64,000 bases of DNA from Myxococcota bacterium (GTDB taxonomy: Bacteria > Myxococcota_A > UBA9160 > UBA4427), in contig OZ252299.1 of assembly GCA_965250285.1 (NCBI GenBank), positions 3,424,001 through 3,488,000 on the forward strand, given 5' to 3'. The notes below the pieces were generated by a model, which was not told the origin of the DNA, made no database searches, and saw nothing but the letters and a program-made list of their open reading frames with translations. A program made the position numbers and the translations under genes. Positions 19,758-29,648 of this stretch are shown here, piece by piece (position 1 is the first letter of the stretch; each line of letters opens with the position of its first letter).

Positions 19758-21461
19758 GTGAGCGAGATCGAACGCGAAAGCATGGAGGTCGACGTCCTCT
19801 ACGTCGGTGCCGGCCCGGCCAACCTCGCCTCGGCCTACCACCTGATGAAGCAGGTCGAAGCCCACAACGAATCGGCCGAGGCCAACGGCGTCGATCCGAT
19901 CGAGCCGCCGGTGATCCTGGTGATCGAGAAGGCAGCGGGCGTCGGCGAGCACCAGCTCTCGGGCGCGGTCATGAACCCCAAGGCGATCCAGGAGCTGATC
20001 CCCGACTTCGTCGAGCAGGGCTTCCCGACCGAGCACGTCGCGACCGACTCTCAGTTCCTCGCGTTCTTCAGGGGCGGCACGGTCAAGTCGCCGGTGACGC
20101 CCCCGCAGTTCCAGAAGAACGGCTACCACGTCATCTCGCTCTCGAACGTCGTCAAGTGGCTGGCCGAGAAGTGCGAGGAGATGGGGATCGAGATCTACCC
20201 CGGCTTCGCCGCCAGCGAGGTGCTCTGGGATGGCGACAAGGTCATCGGCATCCGCACCGGTGACATGGGCCTCGACGAGTCGGGCAAGCCGAAGAGCACC
20301 TTCCAGCCCGGCATGGACATCCTCGCGCCGGTCACGGTGTTCGGTGAGGGCGTCCGCGGCAGCTGCTCGAAGACGATCATCGAGAAGCTCGGCCTGCACG
20401 GTCAGAACCCGCAGACCTACGAGACGGGCATCAAGGAGATCTGGCGCGTCAAGCCCGAGAAGCACAAGCCCGGCCGCGTGATCCACGGTTCCCTCTGGCC
20501 CGACCTGTTCGGCCAGATGGAGGGCATGTGGCTCTACGACATGCAGGACAACCTCGTGTCGTTCGGATACGTGACCCCCCTCAACAGTGAGAACCCGCGC
20601 AACGACCCCCATATGAACGCCCAGCGCTTCAAGCAGGTGCCGTTCATGCAGGATCTGCTCGAGGGCGCCGAGCTCGTGCGCTACGGCGCGAAGTGCGTGC
20701 CTTCGGGCGGCCTCTATTCGATTCCGAAGCTCTACTGCGACGGTGCGATGCTGGTCGGCGACTCGGCCGGCATGCTCAACATCATGAAGCTCGCTGGAGT
20801 CCACACGGCGATCAAGAGCGGCATGCTCGCCGCCGAGACGATCGTCGAAGCCATGGCGAAGAAGGATTTCACGACCACGACGCTGGGCGGCTACACCGAG
20901 CGCTTCAAGGACAGCTGGCTCTACGAGGAGCACTACGAGGCGCGCAACTTCCAGGGCTCGATCGAGGTGTCGCCGTTCTTCCTGATGGCGGTGAACACCC
21001 CGGCGATGCTCGTGACCGGCGGCCGCGGCGTGAAGGACGGGCTCAAGACCCACGCGCCGCACGACCAGGTCAAGAAGGTCTGGGAGCTGCCGCCCGGGTA
21101 CTTCGATCGCAAGTCGCACGCGCCGATCGAGTTCGACGGCAAGACGACGTTCTCGAAGGAGCACCTCGTCGGCTACTCGGGCACCCAGCACGAGATCGAC
21201 GAGCCGAAGCACCTGAAGGTGGCCAAGCCGGACGTCTGCGAGACCGACTGCGTGCGCGACTACGGCAACCCGTGCCAGCACTTCTGCCCGGCCGCGGTGT
21301 ACGAGATGGTGCCGAAGAAGGACGATCCCGAGCGGAAGGAGCTCTTCATCCACCACGAGAACTGCGTGCACTGCAAGACCTGCGACATCGCCGATCCGTA
21401 CCAGATCATCACCTGGACGACGCCGCAGGGCGGCGAAGGCCCCGACTACCAGCAGATGTAG
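19758..21461 (+). CDS. Electron transfer flavoprotein:quinone oxidoreductase
   Basis: ERESMEVDVLYVGAGPA, LSGAV, GIRTGDMG, AIKSGMLAAE, C-terminal CPAAVYE..NCVHCKTCDIADP..PQGGEGP. Confidence 0.95.
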   Translation: MSEIERESMEVDVLYVGAGPANLASAYHLMKQVEAHNESAEANGVDPIEPPVILVIEKAAGVGEHQLSGAVMNPKAIQELIPDFVEQGFPTEHVATDSQFLAFFRGGTVKSPVTPPQFQKNGYHVISLSNVVKWLAEKCEEMGIEIYPGFAASEVLWDGDKVIGIRTGDMGLDESGKPKSTFQPGMDILAPVTVFGEGVRGSCSKTIIEKLGLHGQNPQTYETGIKEIWRVKPEKHKPGRVIHGSLWPDLFGQMEGMWLYDMQDNLVSFGYVTPLNSENPRNDPHMNAQRFKQVPFMQDLLEGAELVRYGAKCVPSGGLYSIPKLYCDGAMLVGDSAGMLNIMKLAGVHTAIKSGMLAAETIVEAMAKKDFTTTTLGGYTERFKDSWLYEEHYEARNFQGSIEVSPFFLMAVNTPAMLVTGGRGVKDGLKTHAPHDQVKKVWELPPGYFDRKSHAPIEFDGKTTFSKEHLVGYSGTQHEIDEPKHLKVAKPDVCETDCVRDYGNPCQHFCPAAVYEMVPKKDDPERKELFIHHENCVHCKTCDIADPYQIITWTTPQGGEGPDYQQM

Positions 21462-21485
21462 TCGCTTCGCACGCGCGCGAGCCAC

Positions 21486-21522
21486 GAGGGCGGGGCCCGG
21501 TCATCGACCGGACCCCGCCCTT
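21486..21522. terminator. Hairpin between convergent genes
   Basis: GAGGGCGGGG-C-CCGGTC-ATC-GACCGG-A-CCCCGCCCTT. Confidence 0.65.
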
Positions 21523-21567
21523 CTCGTTCGAGCCCACCGCCTTGTCGACGAACGCGGGCAGCGAACG

Positions 21568-21948
21568 TCAGACGTGGACGCGCACCGGGAACTTCGGGCC
21601 GGTCATGCGGTAGGTCGTGTACGACACCGCGACGAGCAGCGTGCAGAAGAGCGCGGGCGCCGTCTGCTCGAACGTGTCGCGCACGATCACGTGCGCGGCG
21701 ACGGCTCCGACGAAGTCGATCGTGAAGCCCGCGTAGACCCACTCCTTGAGCCGCGGAAAGCGGGGCACCAGCAACAAGGGTGCCCCGGCCAGCTTGGCGA
21801 ATCCGATGAGCGAGAGGTGATAGTGGGGATAGCCGAGGCGATCGACGGCTTCGATCAGCTCGGGCGCGTGGCGGATGTCTTGAATCCCCGCAGCGAGCAT
21901 GGCCACGGCCAGCAACACCGTCGAAACCCAGTAGATGCGTCGAACCAC
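21568..21948 (-). CDS. DoxX-family membrane protein
   Basis: IYWVST, LGYP, LKEWVYAGF; 4 TM segments; GGGGAG RBS. Confidence 0.88.
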   Translation of the reverse strand: MVRRIYWVSTVLLAVAMLAAGIQDIRHAPELIEAVDRLGYPHYHLSLIGFAKLAGAPLLLVPRFPRLKEWVYAGFTIDFVGAVAAHVIVRDTFEQTAPALFCTLLVAVSYTTYRMTGPKFPVRVHV

Positions 21949-22020
21949 GCGCGCTCCCCCGTCATGAGCGCCGGCGGGTCGGCGCCTCGCGCCCAAGCAT
22001 CCACCGTCCGCGGCAGCGAA

Positions 22021-22578
22021 TCAACGCACGCCAGGCGACGACGACGCGGCCTTGCGGCCGCGCGTTCGGCGGCGCGGCGCCCACACGATGGCCGCGACGA
22101 GGGGGCCGATCCACACGGCCTCGCTGGCGAGGATCTCGAGGCCCCGCCCCGAGAAGAACGCGCGCAGCGAGAGCGGCGACGTCGCAATCGGTCGAAAGGG
22201 CGCAAAGACGCGCGCGTCGTCGAATGGGATCCACAGCCCGACGCCGTGCCCCGCGTCGGTGAACGCGTCGAGCAGACCGTGCGAGGCGATGGCGAAGAAC
22301 AGCAGCACCGCGGCGATGCCTGCCTGCCGGGCGCCGGCCGAGCGCCACAGTGGCCAGGATCCGAGGCCGACGATCGCCGCGAAGGCGAGCGAGTGGGTCC
22401 ATCCACGGTGGCCCCAGACATCCTCATAGGGCACACCGAGACGAAACCCGATCACATCGAGGTCAGGCGCTGCCGCGGCCAGAGCGAGCACCAGGCCGAC
22501 CCAGAGTCGCTGCCTCGACGGCGGCAACCGGGTCGCGAGGGCGGCTCCGACCGCGGCATGTGCGAAGGCGCTGGGCAC
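22021..22578 (-). CDS. Metal-dependent membrane hydrolase (YdjM/YbcI family)
   Basis: N-terminal His, PDLD, GHRGWTHS, SHGLLDAFT. Confidence 0.9.
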   Translation of the reverse strand: MPSAFAHAAVGAALATRLPPSRQRLWVGLVLALAAAAPDLDVIGFRLGVPYEDVWGHRGWTHSLAFAAIVGLGSWPLWRSAGARQAGIAAVLLFFAIASHGLLDAFTDAGHGVGLWIPFDDARVFAPFRPIATSPLSLRAFFSGRGLEILASEAVWIGPLVAAIVWAPRRRTRGRKAASSSPGVR

Positions 22579-22825
22579 CGAGCTGACTCCGGACCGGTTC
22601 GGGGGCGAAGCGAGTCGCCGAGCGAACCATGCCGCCGTGCAACCCGCGTGCAACGCGGCGGGCAAGCCCGAGGCAACATGGCGGCCCGGCGAGGCGTCCG
22701 ACCGAGAGCTACGCGCGCAGCGTGCGAGCGCAGCCGGTGCCGCCGAACGAGACGCCCCCCGCTCTCAGCGCGCAGAGATCGGCCGCGCGAACGAAGCGGG
22801 GGCCAGCGGCCCTTTCAGCCGAGCC

Positions 22826-23845
22826 TCACCGACCCGCGGGCCACCAGAGATAGTGAAAGCCCGGGCGCGAGAGACCCGCTTCTTCGAGCAGGGCCCCCCA
22901 GTCGCTCTGCGCGCCCACCACCGCAGGGGCGGGCAGCGGCGGCCGGGTGTAGAGGTTGTTCCGATACTCGGCCCCGCGGTGATACGTCACCACGCGGTAG
23001 TCGCCGACGATGCCCGCGCGCTGCGCGGTGAGATCGGCGGTCTCCTCGAGCGAGGAGACGACGTCGACCAGACCGTTGTCGACCGCCTGGCTCGCACTGA
23101 AGACGCGACCGTCGGCGAGTCGGTCGATCGCCTCGGTGTCGAGGTTCGGCCGACCGATCGCGACGACATCCTTGAATCGATCGTGCAGATCGTCGACGAC
23201 CGACTGCAGGTGAGCCCGCTCTTCGGGCGTCATGTCGCGCAGGAACGAGCCGGCGTCCTTCTGCGCGCCGCCCGTGATCGTCTGATCGCGCACGCCGAGT
23301 TTGTCCATCAGCCCTTCGAAACTGACCCCCATGAAGAGCACGCCGATCGAGCCGGTCACCGTCGTCGGCACGGCGTGGATCTCGTCCGCCGCCATCGCGA
23401 CGTAGTACCCGCCCGATGCGGCGACGCCCATGAACTGCGCGACGACCGGCACGCCTGTCTCACGCTTGAATCGGTCGATCGCCCGGTAGACGTCGTCGCT
23501 CGCCGACGCGCTCCCGCCCGGCGAGTCGACCCGCAGGAGGATCGCGCTGATGTCGCCTGCGCGGCGCGCCCGATCGAGCTGTTCGACGACGCGAGCAACC
23601 GTGCTCTCGCGGCTGCCTTCGAGGAGCGTCATCCGCTCGTGCTCTGTGATCGGGCCGTCGATGTCGAGCAACAGCAGCTTCGGGCCGCTTCGACCGAGCA
23701 CCGTCGTCTCTTCGAGCTCTCCGCGACCCGCGCCGCCGATGTTGACCGAGATGCAGCCACTCGTGAGGGCGATCAGGGCGACCCCGAGCCACACCACGCT
23801 GCAGCGCCACCCGAAACGGTCTCGCGGCTTCCGCAACCCGCTCAT
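22826..23845 (-). CDS. sppA: Signal peptide peptidase SppA (short, lipoprotein type)
   Basis: Lipobox LTSGC, VDSPGGS, AASGGYYVA, TVTGSIGV, DGRVFS; AAGGAGG RBS. Confidence 0.93.
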   Translation of the reverse strand: MSGLRKPRDRFGWRCSVVWLGVALIALTSGCISVNIGGAGRGELEETTVLGRSGPKLLLLDIDGPITEHERMTLLEGSRESTVARVVEQLDRARRAGDISAILLRVDSPGGSASASDDVYRAIDRFKRETGVPVVAQFMGVAASGGYYVAMAADEIHAVPTTVTGSIGVLFMGVSFEGLMDKLGVRDQTITGGAQKDAGSFLRDMTPEERAHLQSVVDDLHDRFKDVVAIGRPNLDTEAIDRLADGRVFSASQAVDNGLVDVVSSLEETADLTAQRAGIVGDYRVVTYHRGAEYRNNLYTRPPLPAPAVVGAQSDWGALLEEAGLSRPGFHYLWWPAGR

Positions 23846-24071
23846 GGACGAATCCTCCTTGACCATCGCGGTCATCGCGCGCCGACGTGCCCCGGGCTGC
23901 CCGGTCTCACCGTCGTTCGCGGCGACGCACAGCGTAGCGAGCCCCGAAAAGGGCAGGAGCGCGGAAGCCTGGTCGACCGCCCCCCAACGGTCTCCCCGCT
24001 TCCGCGCTCCTTTGAGACGCCGCCGCCGCATCAGCGAGGTGCGTCCAGGCGCAGAGCGCCTTCCCCCAATC

Positions 24072-26870
24072 CTAGCTGCAGCCGCTCGTGCTCCCGCAGT
24101 TCGGGCACTTGTAGCAAGCGCCGTTGCGGATCATGATCGTGCCGCAGTCCATGCACGAAGGTGCGTCGGCCTGATTCACGAAGGACGACGTCGCCGACTG
24201 CGCTGCGTCGCTCGTCGCCGATCCGCCAGCCATCGCGCCGCCCGCGGCCGGAGCGACCCGGACGGGCGCCGGTGCCACATCGCCCGAGCCGTCATCCGCC
24301 GGCGCATCTTCGACCGGCAGCTCCGACTCGAGGTAGCGGCCACCGAGATACCGGAACACGTAGTCGGTGATCGACTTTGCGATCGGAATCTCGCGGTTGC
24401 CGGTGAAGCCCGAGGGCTCGAATCGCGTGTGGCTGAACTTGTCGACCAGCGCCTTGAGCGGCACGCCGTACTGCAGCGACATGGACGTCATCGTGGCGAT
24501 GGTGTCCATGAGACCCGAGATCGTGCTGCCCTCCTTCGCCATCTTGAGGAAGATCTCGCCCGGCTGGCCGTCTTCGTAGAGGCCGACCGTGAGATAGCCC
24601 TCGTGACCCGCGATCGAGAACTTGTGCGTGAAGGCCTGGCGCTCGTCGGGGAGCTTGCGCCGGTACGGCCGCATCTCGTCGAGCTTGACCAGCTCGCCGC
24701 CGCTCTCCTCTCCGGCTTCGTCCTTGCCCGCGTTCAGCGGCTGGGTGCGCTTGCTGCCGTCTCGGTAGATCGCGAGCGCCTTGAGGCCGAGCCGCCACCC
24801 TTCGGTGTACGCCTCCATCACATCCTCGACGCTCGCGTCTTCGGGCAGATTCACCGTCTTGCTGATCGCGCCCGACAGGAAGGGCTGAACCGCACCCATC
24901 ATCCGCACGTGCCCCATCCAGTGGATCGACCGCTGGCCGTTGTGCGGCCGGAAGGCGCAATCGAAGACCGAGAGGTGCTCGTCCTGCAGGCCCGGCGCCC
25001 CCTCGATGGTCTCCTTGTCGTCGATGTAGGCGATGATCGCGGCGATCTCGTCTTCGCCATAGCCGAGCCGGCGCAGCGCCATCGGGACCGTGTTGTTCAC
25101 GATCTTCAGGAACCCGCCGCCGACCAGCTTCTTGTACTTGACGAGCGCGATGTCGGGCTCGACGCCCGTGGTGTCGCAATCCATCATGAACGCGATCGTG
25201 CCGGTGGGCGCGAGCACGGTCACCTGACCGTTCTTGTAACCGAACTGCTCACCCAGCTCGAGCGCCTCATCCCACGCCTCGCGGGACGCCTCGGCGAGAT
25301 CGCTCTGCACGCCTTCGGACGGCACGGCGTAGGCCGCGTCGCGGTGCATGCCCATCACCTCGAGGAAGGGCTTGCGGTTCATGCGATACCGCGGGAACGG
25401 CCCCATCGCCTCGGCGATCTCGGCGCTCATCCGGTACGCCTGGCCACACATCAGCGACGTGATCGCGGCCGACAGGTTTCGACCGCCCTCGCTGTCGTAG
25501 GGCAGCCCCTCGGCCATCAGCAGCGCACCGAGATTCGCGTACCCGAGCCCGAGCGGGCGGTACAGGTGGCTGTTCTTGGTGATCGCCGGCGTCGGGTAGT
25601 CGGCGGGATCGACCACGATTTCTTGCGCGAGGATCGTGATGTCGACCGAGTGCTTGAAGTCGTCGACCTGGAACTCACCCGCCCCGTCGACGAAGGTCAT
25701 GAGGTTCAGGCTGGCCAGGTTGCACGCCGTGTCATCGAGGAACATGTACTCGGAGCAGGGGTTGCTCGAGTTGATGCGCCCCGACGTCTTCACCGGGTTC
25801 CACTTGTTGATCGTGCTGTCGTACTGGATGCCCGGATCACCGCACACGTGGGCGGCGTCGGCCATCTCGCGGAGCACATCCTTCGCCTTGAGCGTCTCGA
25901 CGACCTCACCGGTGGTGACGGCCTTGAGATCCCACGAGCCGTTCGCTTCGGCCGAGCGCATGAACGCGTCGGAGACGCGCACCGAGTGGTTGGCGTTCTG
26001 GAAGAAGATCGAATCGTAGGCGCCGCCAGGGACGTTGAAGCCCCCGTCGTAACCGGCGTCGATCAGCGACCAGGCCTTCTTCTCTTCATCGGCCTTGCAG
26101 TGGATGAACTCGTCGACGTCGGGGTGATCGACGTTCAGGATCACCATCTTCGCCGCGCGGCGCGTCTTGCCGCCGCTCTTGATCACGCCCGCGAAGGCGT
26201 CGAAGCCCTTCATGAACGAGACCGGCCCCGAGGCCTCGCCCCCGCCCGCGAGCTTCTCCTTCGACGAGCGGATCGACGAGAGGTTGCTGCCCGTGCCAGA
26301 GCCGCCCTTGAAGAGCATGGCCTCGGTCTTAGCGAGCTCCATGATCTCCTGCATGCTGTCATCGACCGAGTTGATGAAGCACGCGCTCGCCTGCTGGGGC
26401 GTGTTCTCGACGCCGAGGTTGAACCAGACCGGCGAGTTGAACGCGACCTTCTGATTGACGAGCAGGTAGGTCAGCTCGTCGGCGAACGTCTGGGCGTCGT
26501 CGTCGGTGCGGAAGTAGCCGTACTCCTCGCCCCACTCACGCATTCGGCCGACCACGCGGCCGATCAGCTGCCTGACGCTGCGCTCGCGCTCGGGCGTACC
26601 GACGTGCCCCCGGAAGTACTTCGAAACGACGACGTTGGTCGCGAGCTGCGACCAGGTCTTCGGGATCTCGACGTCGGTCTGCTCGAAGACCGTCTCGCCC
26701 TTCTCGTTCGTGATGATGGCGCTGCGCAGCTCCCACTCGACGCTGTCGAACGGGTCTTCGCCGGCCGTGGTGAAGTAGCGGGCGATGTCGAGGCCACGAG
26801 GCTTCGACTTCTTCTTGCCCTTCGCCTTGACGTCCTGCTCCGTGCTGTCGTTGATGTCTCGAACGCTCAC
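24072..26870 (-). CDS. nrdJ: Adenosylcobalamin-dependent (class II) ribonucleotide reductase
   Basis: FNSPVWFN, SACFI, GGKTRRAAKM, NPCSE, LGLGYANLG, APTGTI, SGAISKTVN, YRDGSK, C-terminal CxxC/CxxC. Confidence 0.96.
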   Translation of the reverse strand: MSVRDINDSTEQDVKAKGKKKSKPRGLDIARYFTTAGEDPFDSVEWELRSAIITNEKGETVFEQTDVEIPKTWSQLATNVVVSKYFRGHVGTPERERSVRQLIGRVVGRMREWGEEYGYFRTDDDAQTFADELTYLLVNQKVAFNSPVWFNLGVENTPQQASACFINSVDDSMQEIMELAKTEAMLFKGGSGTGSNLSSIRSSKEKLAGGGEASGPVSFMKGFDAFAGVIKSGGKTRRAAKMVILNVDHPDVDEFIHCKADEEKKAWSLIDAGYDGGFNVPGGAYDSIFFQNANHSVRVSDAFMRSAEANGSWDLKAVTTGEVVETLKAKDVLREMADAAHVCGDPGIQYDSTINKWNPVKTSGRINSSNPCSEYMFLDDTACNLASLNLMTFVDGAGEFQVDDFKHSVDITILAQEIVVDPADYPTPAITKNSHLYRPLGLGYANLGALLMAEGLPYDSEGGRNLSAAITSLMCGQAYRMSAEIAEAMGPFPRYRMNRKPFLEVMGMHRDAAYAVPSEGVQSDLAEASREAWDEALELGEQFGYKNGQVTVLAPTGTIAFMMDCDTTGVEPDIALVKYKKLVGGGFLKIVNNTVPMALRRLGYGEDEIAAIIAYIDDKETIEGAPGLQDEHLSVFDCAFRPHNGQRSIHWMGHVRMMGAVQPFLSGAISKTVNLPEDASVEDVMEAYTEGWRLGLKALAIYRDGSKRTQPLNAGKDEAGEESGGELVKLDEMRPYRRKLPDERQAFTHKFSIAGHEGYLTVGLYEDGQPGEIFLKMAKEGSTISGLMDTIATMTSMSLQYGVPLKALVDKFSHTRFEPSGFTGNREIPIAKSITDYVFRYLGGRYLESELPVEDAPADDGSGDVAPAPVRVAPAAGGAMAGGSATSDAAQSATSSFVNQADAPSCMDCGTIMIRNGACYKCPNCGSTSGCS

Positions 26871-28052
26871 TTCGTCCTATCCCCCAAGATGGACTGGCGA
26901 GCGGGAATGGTAGGGCTGCGTCTCTGAGGGTGTCGACCGTCCCGTGCGTTGCCGTGTTGCTCTCGATGCCGCGCGCCGCTCTCGGTCGGCTGCGTCGGCT
27001 CGCTGGTGCGCGCTCTCGGTCGTGGGATGGAAGCGTCCGGTGTCTTCGCGCGGCCTCGCTTGGTCTCGCGGGGCTGCGCTGGGCTGTGTGGGCGGTACGG
27101 CTCGGGCGGTCTCGATGGCGCCTGGGCTCGGTCTCGTGCTCCGAACCTCTCGGCCCGGGGCGCGCCTCACATGCTCACCTGCTTCGCATCGCCAGTCTCA
27201 AGAGGGGCACCGGATGGGCGGTCGGCCCCAGCTGCGGCTTGGTCTCGATCCGCGGCCCTCGATCCCCGAACTGGCCAATCCCTTTCTGCGGTGGCGAGTC
27301 GTCCCTCGGCCCAGCCCTCCCGGGCCCGTTGGAGATCTCGCATCTCTGATTCGTGGTTGGTTCGCGGTTGGTTCGTGTTGGTGTGATGGCCGATCCGTCC
27401 GGCGACGGAGTCGGGTTCTGGGTTGGCTCGACCCGGTGAAGGGGTCGCTTGCCGCGACGGGTACGTCTTGGTTCGGGCTCGGATCGGTCGCCGCGGGTGC
27501 TCGCCCCTCGGTGACCTGGCTTCGATCATCTGGCCCTGACCTGGCCTCGCGGACCGCCGGCTCGGCTCAGCCGGTGCGATGGGGGCGTCTCTCGTGGACG
27601 ACCCCGCACGCGCGTGACGTTGTCGGACTCGCTTCCCCTCTTGGCTCTTGTTGCCTCTCGTTATCTCTCGTTGCTCTCGTTGCTCTTGTCGTTCTCCGAC
27701 CGGCACCCCCGCGCCGAGCCCGAGGGCACGACACCGCGCCCGAAGGCACGAACGCCTGACCGCCTGCACTTGATTCCCGCTGGTGTTCGGGAGTCGCTGG
27801 CTCGGGCCCCGCGTTCAGAGGGGAAGCCGAGATGAGAGGGGCGCCGGTGACAGCTCTCCATTGTTCGCCACCACTGGCGCCCCCGAACTGAGCAGGGCAT
27901 TGAATCCGGCAGGTCCCGGGAACGCGGGCCCAAGGCCCCAGATCCCCGTTCACGCTCGACTTCACCCTGACTCGAGCTCGCGTTCCTCCCCGCAACCGCC
28001 AAGTTGCGACCCCCCCAGGCTACAGGAGGAACATCACATCCCCGTGCGACTC

Positions 28053-28081
28053 AAAGTGCCCTCGCGCACTCGTCCCGTCAA
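28053..28081 (-). promoter_or_regulatory. Putative sigma70 promoter for the nrdJ transcript
   Basis: Minus strand TTGACG-N17-CACTTT, directly adjacent to the NrdR boxes. Confidence 0.4.
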
Positions 28082-28090
28082 GCGTGAATC

Positions 28091-28138
28091 TCACAAAATG
28101 TGGGGGTCAACGGCGAGTGGGACCACAACCCCTCGTAG
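28091..28138. promoter_or_regulatory. Tandem NrdR boxes
   Basis: TCACAAAATGTGGGGG (28091) and weaker CCACAACCCCTCGTAG (28123), 32 bp apart, resembling acaCwAtATaTwGtgt; upstream of nrdJ. Confidence 0.65.
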
Positions 28139-28416
28139 TGCACGACCGACTTCGCACAACCGTCGTTCGGATCTGGACGAACCGATCTGGGGACCGAGTT
28201 GCGCACCCCATACACACGCGTTGCGTGTCCATGATGGCGCGAGCCCAACTGCACACAGCGCGGCACAGACTCGGTGGAGAACGCCTCAGTGCACGGCCGG
28301 ACCACGCCCGCCGCGGCGCTGCAGCACGTCACTCATGGGCGCCGCGCATCTCCGGAAGCTGCGGTGCGTCCGCCGGACGCCGCAGCGGCGCGCTCGCTGG
28401 GCGGCGCATCGATGTG

Positions 28417-29100
28417 TCAGTCGGGCAGGCCGGTCAGGCGAATGCCAAAGCCTTCGGGCGCCTTGTAGCGGATGTTCAGACCGATGAGCAGCGCGGTGAT
28501 CTCTTCGACGATCTTGGCGTTCGCGAGCGGTCCGCCATTCACCGCGCGCAGGCCGGGGACCAGCTCGCACAGGGGCTCGATGCGCTCGCGTGCGGCCTTC
28601 TTGCCCGAGACGATCACGTCGCACTCGACCTCTTCGTCGAGCTCGCGCAGGCGATGCGCCGACACGTTCTGGAACGCCGACACCACGTCGACACCGGTCG
28701 GCACGAGCGACTGCACCATCTCGGCGGCCGACCCCTGCCAGATGCCGATCGTGCGCATCGGCCCATCGCCGATGGCCGTTGCGAGCGGAACGGCCATCGA
28801 GACGACGACGTCGCCGGGCTCGAGCACCTCCTTGATCGACTTCACGGTTCCCGCCGTGTGCTCGAACGGCACAGACAGGATGATGAGAGCGGTCTTCGTC
28901 GTGGCTTCGGCGTTCTCGTAGCCCTCGACGTCGGCGCCCGGCACGGCCGCCTTCACCTCTTCGACGGCTGCCAGGGCCTTGTCGGCCTTGCGCGAGCCGA
29001 TCACGACCTTGCGGCCAGCCTTCGCAAAACGGAGCGCGAGGCCGAGCCCCTGGTCTCCGGTCCCACCCAAAATTGCAATCGCGTCGTCGGTCTTCGTCAT
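28417..29100 (-). CDS. npdG: NADPH-dependent F420 reductase (F420H2:NADP+ oxidoreductase)
   Basis: ILGGTGDQGLGLA, IGSR, LSVP, GSAAE, SAFQNVSA, GPLANA..VE.IT.LL..LN. Confidence 0.9.
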   Translation of the reverse strand: MTKTDDAIAILGGTGDQGLGLALRFAKAGRKVVIGSRKADKALAAVEEVKAAVPGADVEGYENAEATTKTALIILSVPFEHTAGTVKSIKEVLEPGDVVVSMAVPLATAIGDGPMRTIGIWQGSAAEMVQSLVPTGVDVVSAFQNVSAHRLRELDEEVECDVIVSGKKAARERIEPLCELVPGLRAVNGGPLANAKIVEEITALLIGLNIRYKAPEGFGIRLTGLPD

Positions 29101-29227
29101 GGCGCCGGACGGTAGCAGGGCACCCGGCCAGCGGGGCGTCCTGCCCCCGGGCCAGCGACTGCGCCATGCGTGCGAACGCCCGGACGCCGGCGCCGGCCCG
29201 GCGGTCGCGACCCGGTATGCTGTGGCG

Positions 29228-29578
29228 ATGGATCACGCGAAGGGCGGCACACCCGCGACCACCCCCACCCGGTTCGAGCAGGCGGGGCCGCAGGCGCTCC
29301 GGATCGACTGGGCGGACGGCGCCGCTTTCGAGTACCCGGTGCGCGCGCTGCGGATCGCATGCGCCTGCGCCCATTGCGTCGACGAGTGGACCGGTGCGAA
29401 CCTGCTCGACCCCGACAGCGTCCCCGAGGACATCCACCCCGTGCAGGTTCACCCCGTCGGGCGCTATGCGATTCAGATCGACTGGAGTGACGGCCACGCG
29501 ACGGGCATCTACAGCTTCGAGCGACTCCGCGAGCTGGCCGACCGAGGGGTCGCCGCCGCGATCGCACCGGCGCCCTGA
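29228..29578 (+). CDS. DUF971 / GBBH-like N-terminal domain protein
   Basis: LRIACACAHC, PVGRYAIQIDWSDGHATGIYSF. Confidence 0.9.
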   Translation: MDHAKGGTPATTPTRFEQAGPQALRIDWADGAAFEYPVRALRIACACAHCVDEWTGANLLDPDSVPEDIHPVQVHPVGRYAIQIDWSDGHATGIYSFERLRELADRGVAAAIAPAP

Positions 29579-29648
29579 GCCCACCCTGCGCGGTCACGTA
29601 CGCCCGCGCGCCCCGCGAGCCCCGATCGAGAAGCCACAGAGAGCCCCG

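Noticed and set aside
23550..26927. 1125-aa plus-strand ORF (and similar long ORFs at 2893-4425, 19605-21485, 37235-38581 and 57231-58856)
   Set aside because: Antisense to well-supported genes; long shadow ORFs are expected at this GC content.
27770..27960. Cobalamin riboswitch or 6S RNA call
   Set aside because: Fragments such as GCCCCCG, CCACTG and GACCTGCC occur but on mixed strands and in the wrong order. The rod shape alone is not enough for 6S. Left as unassigned structure.
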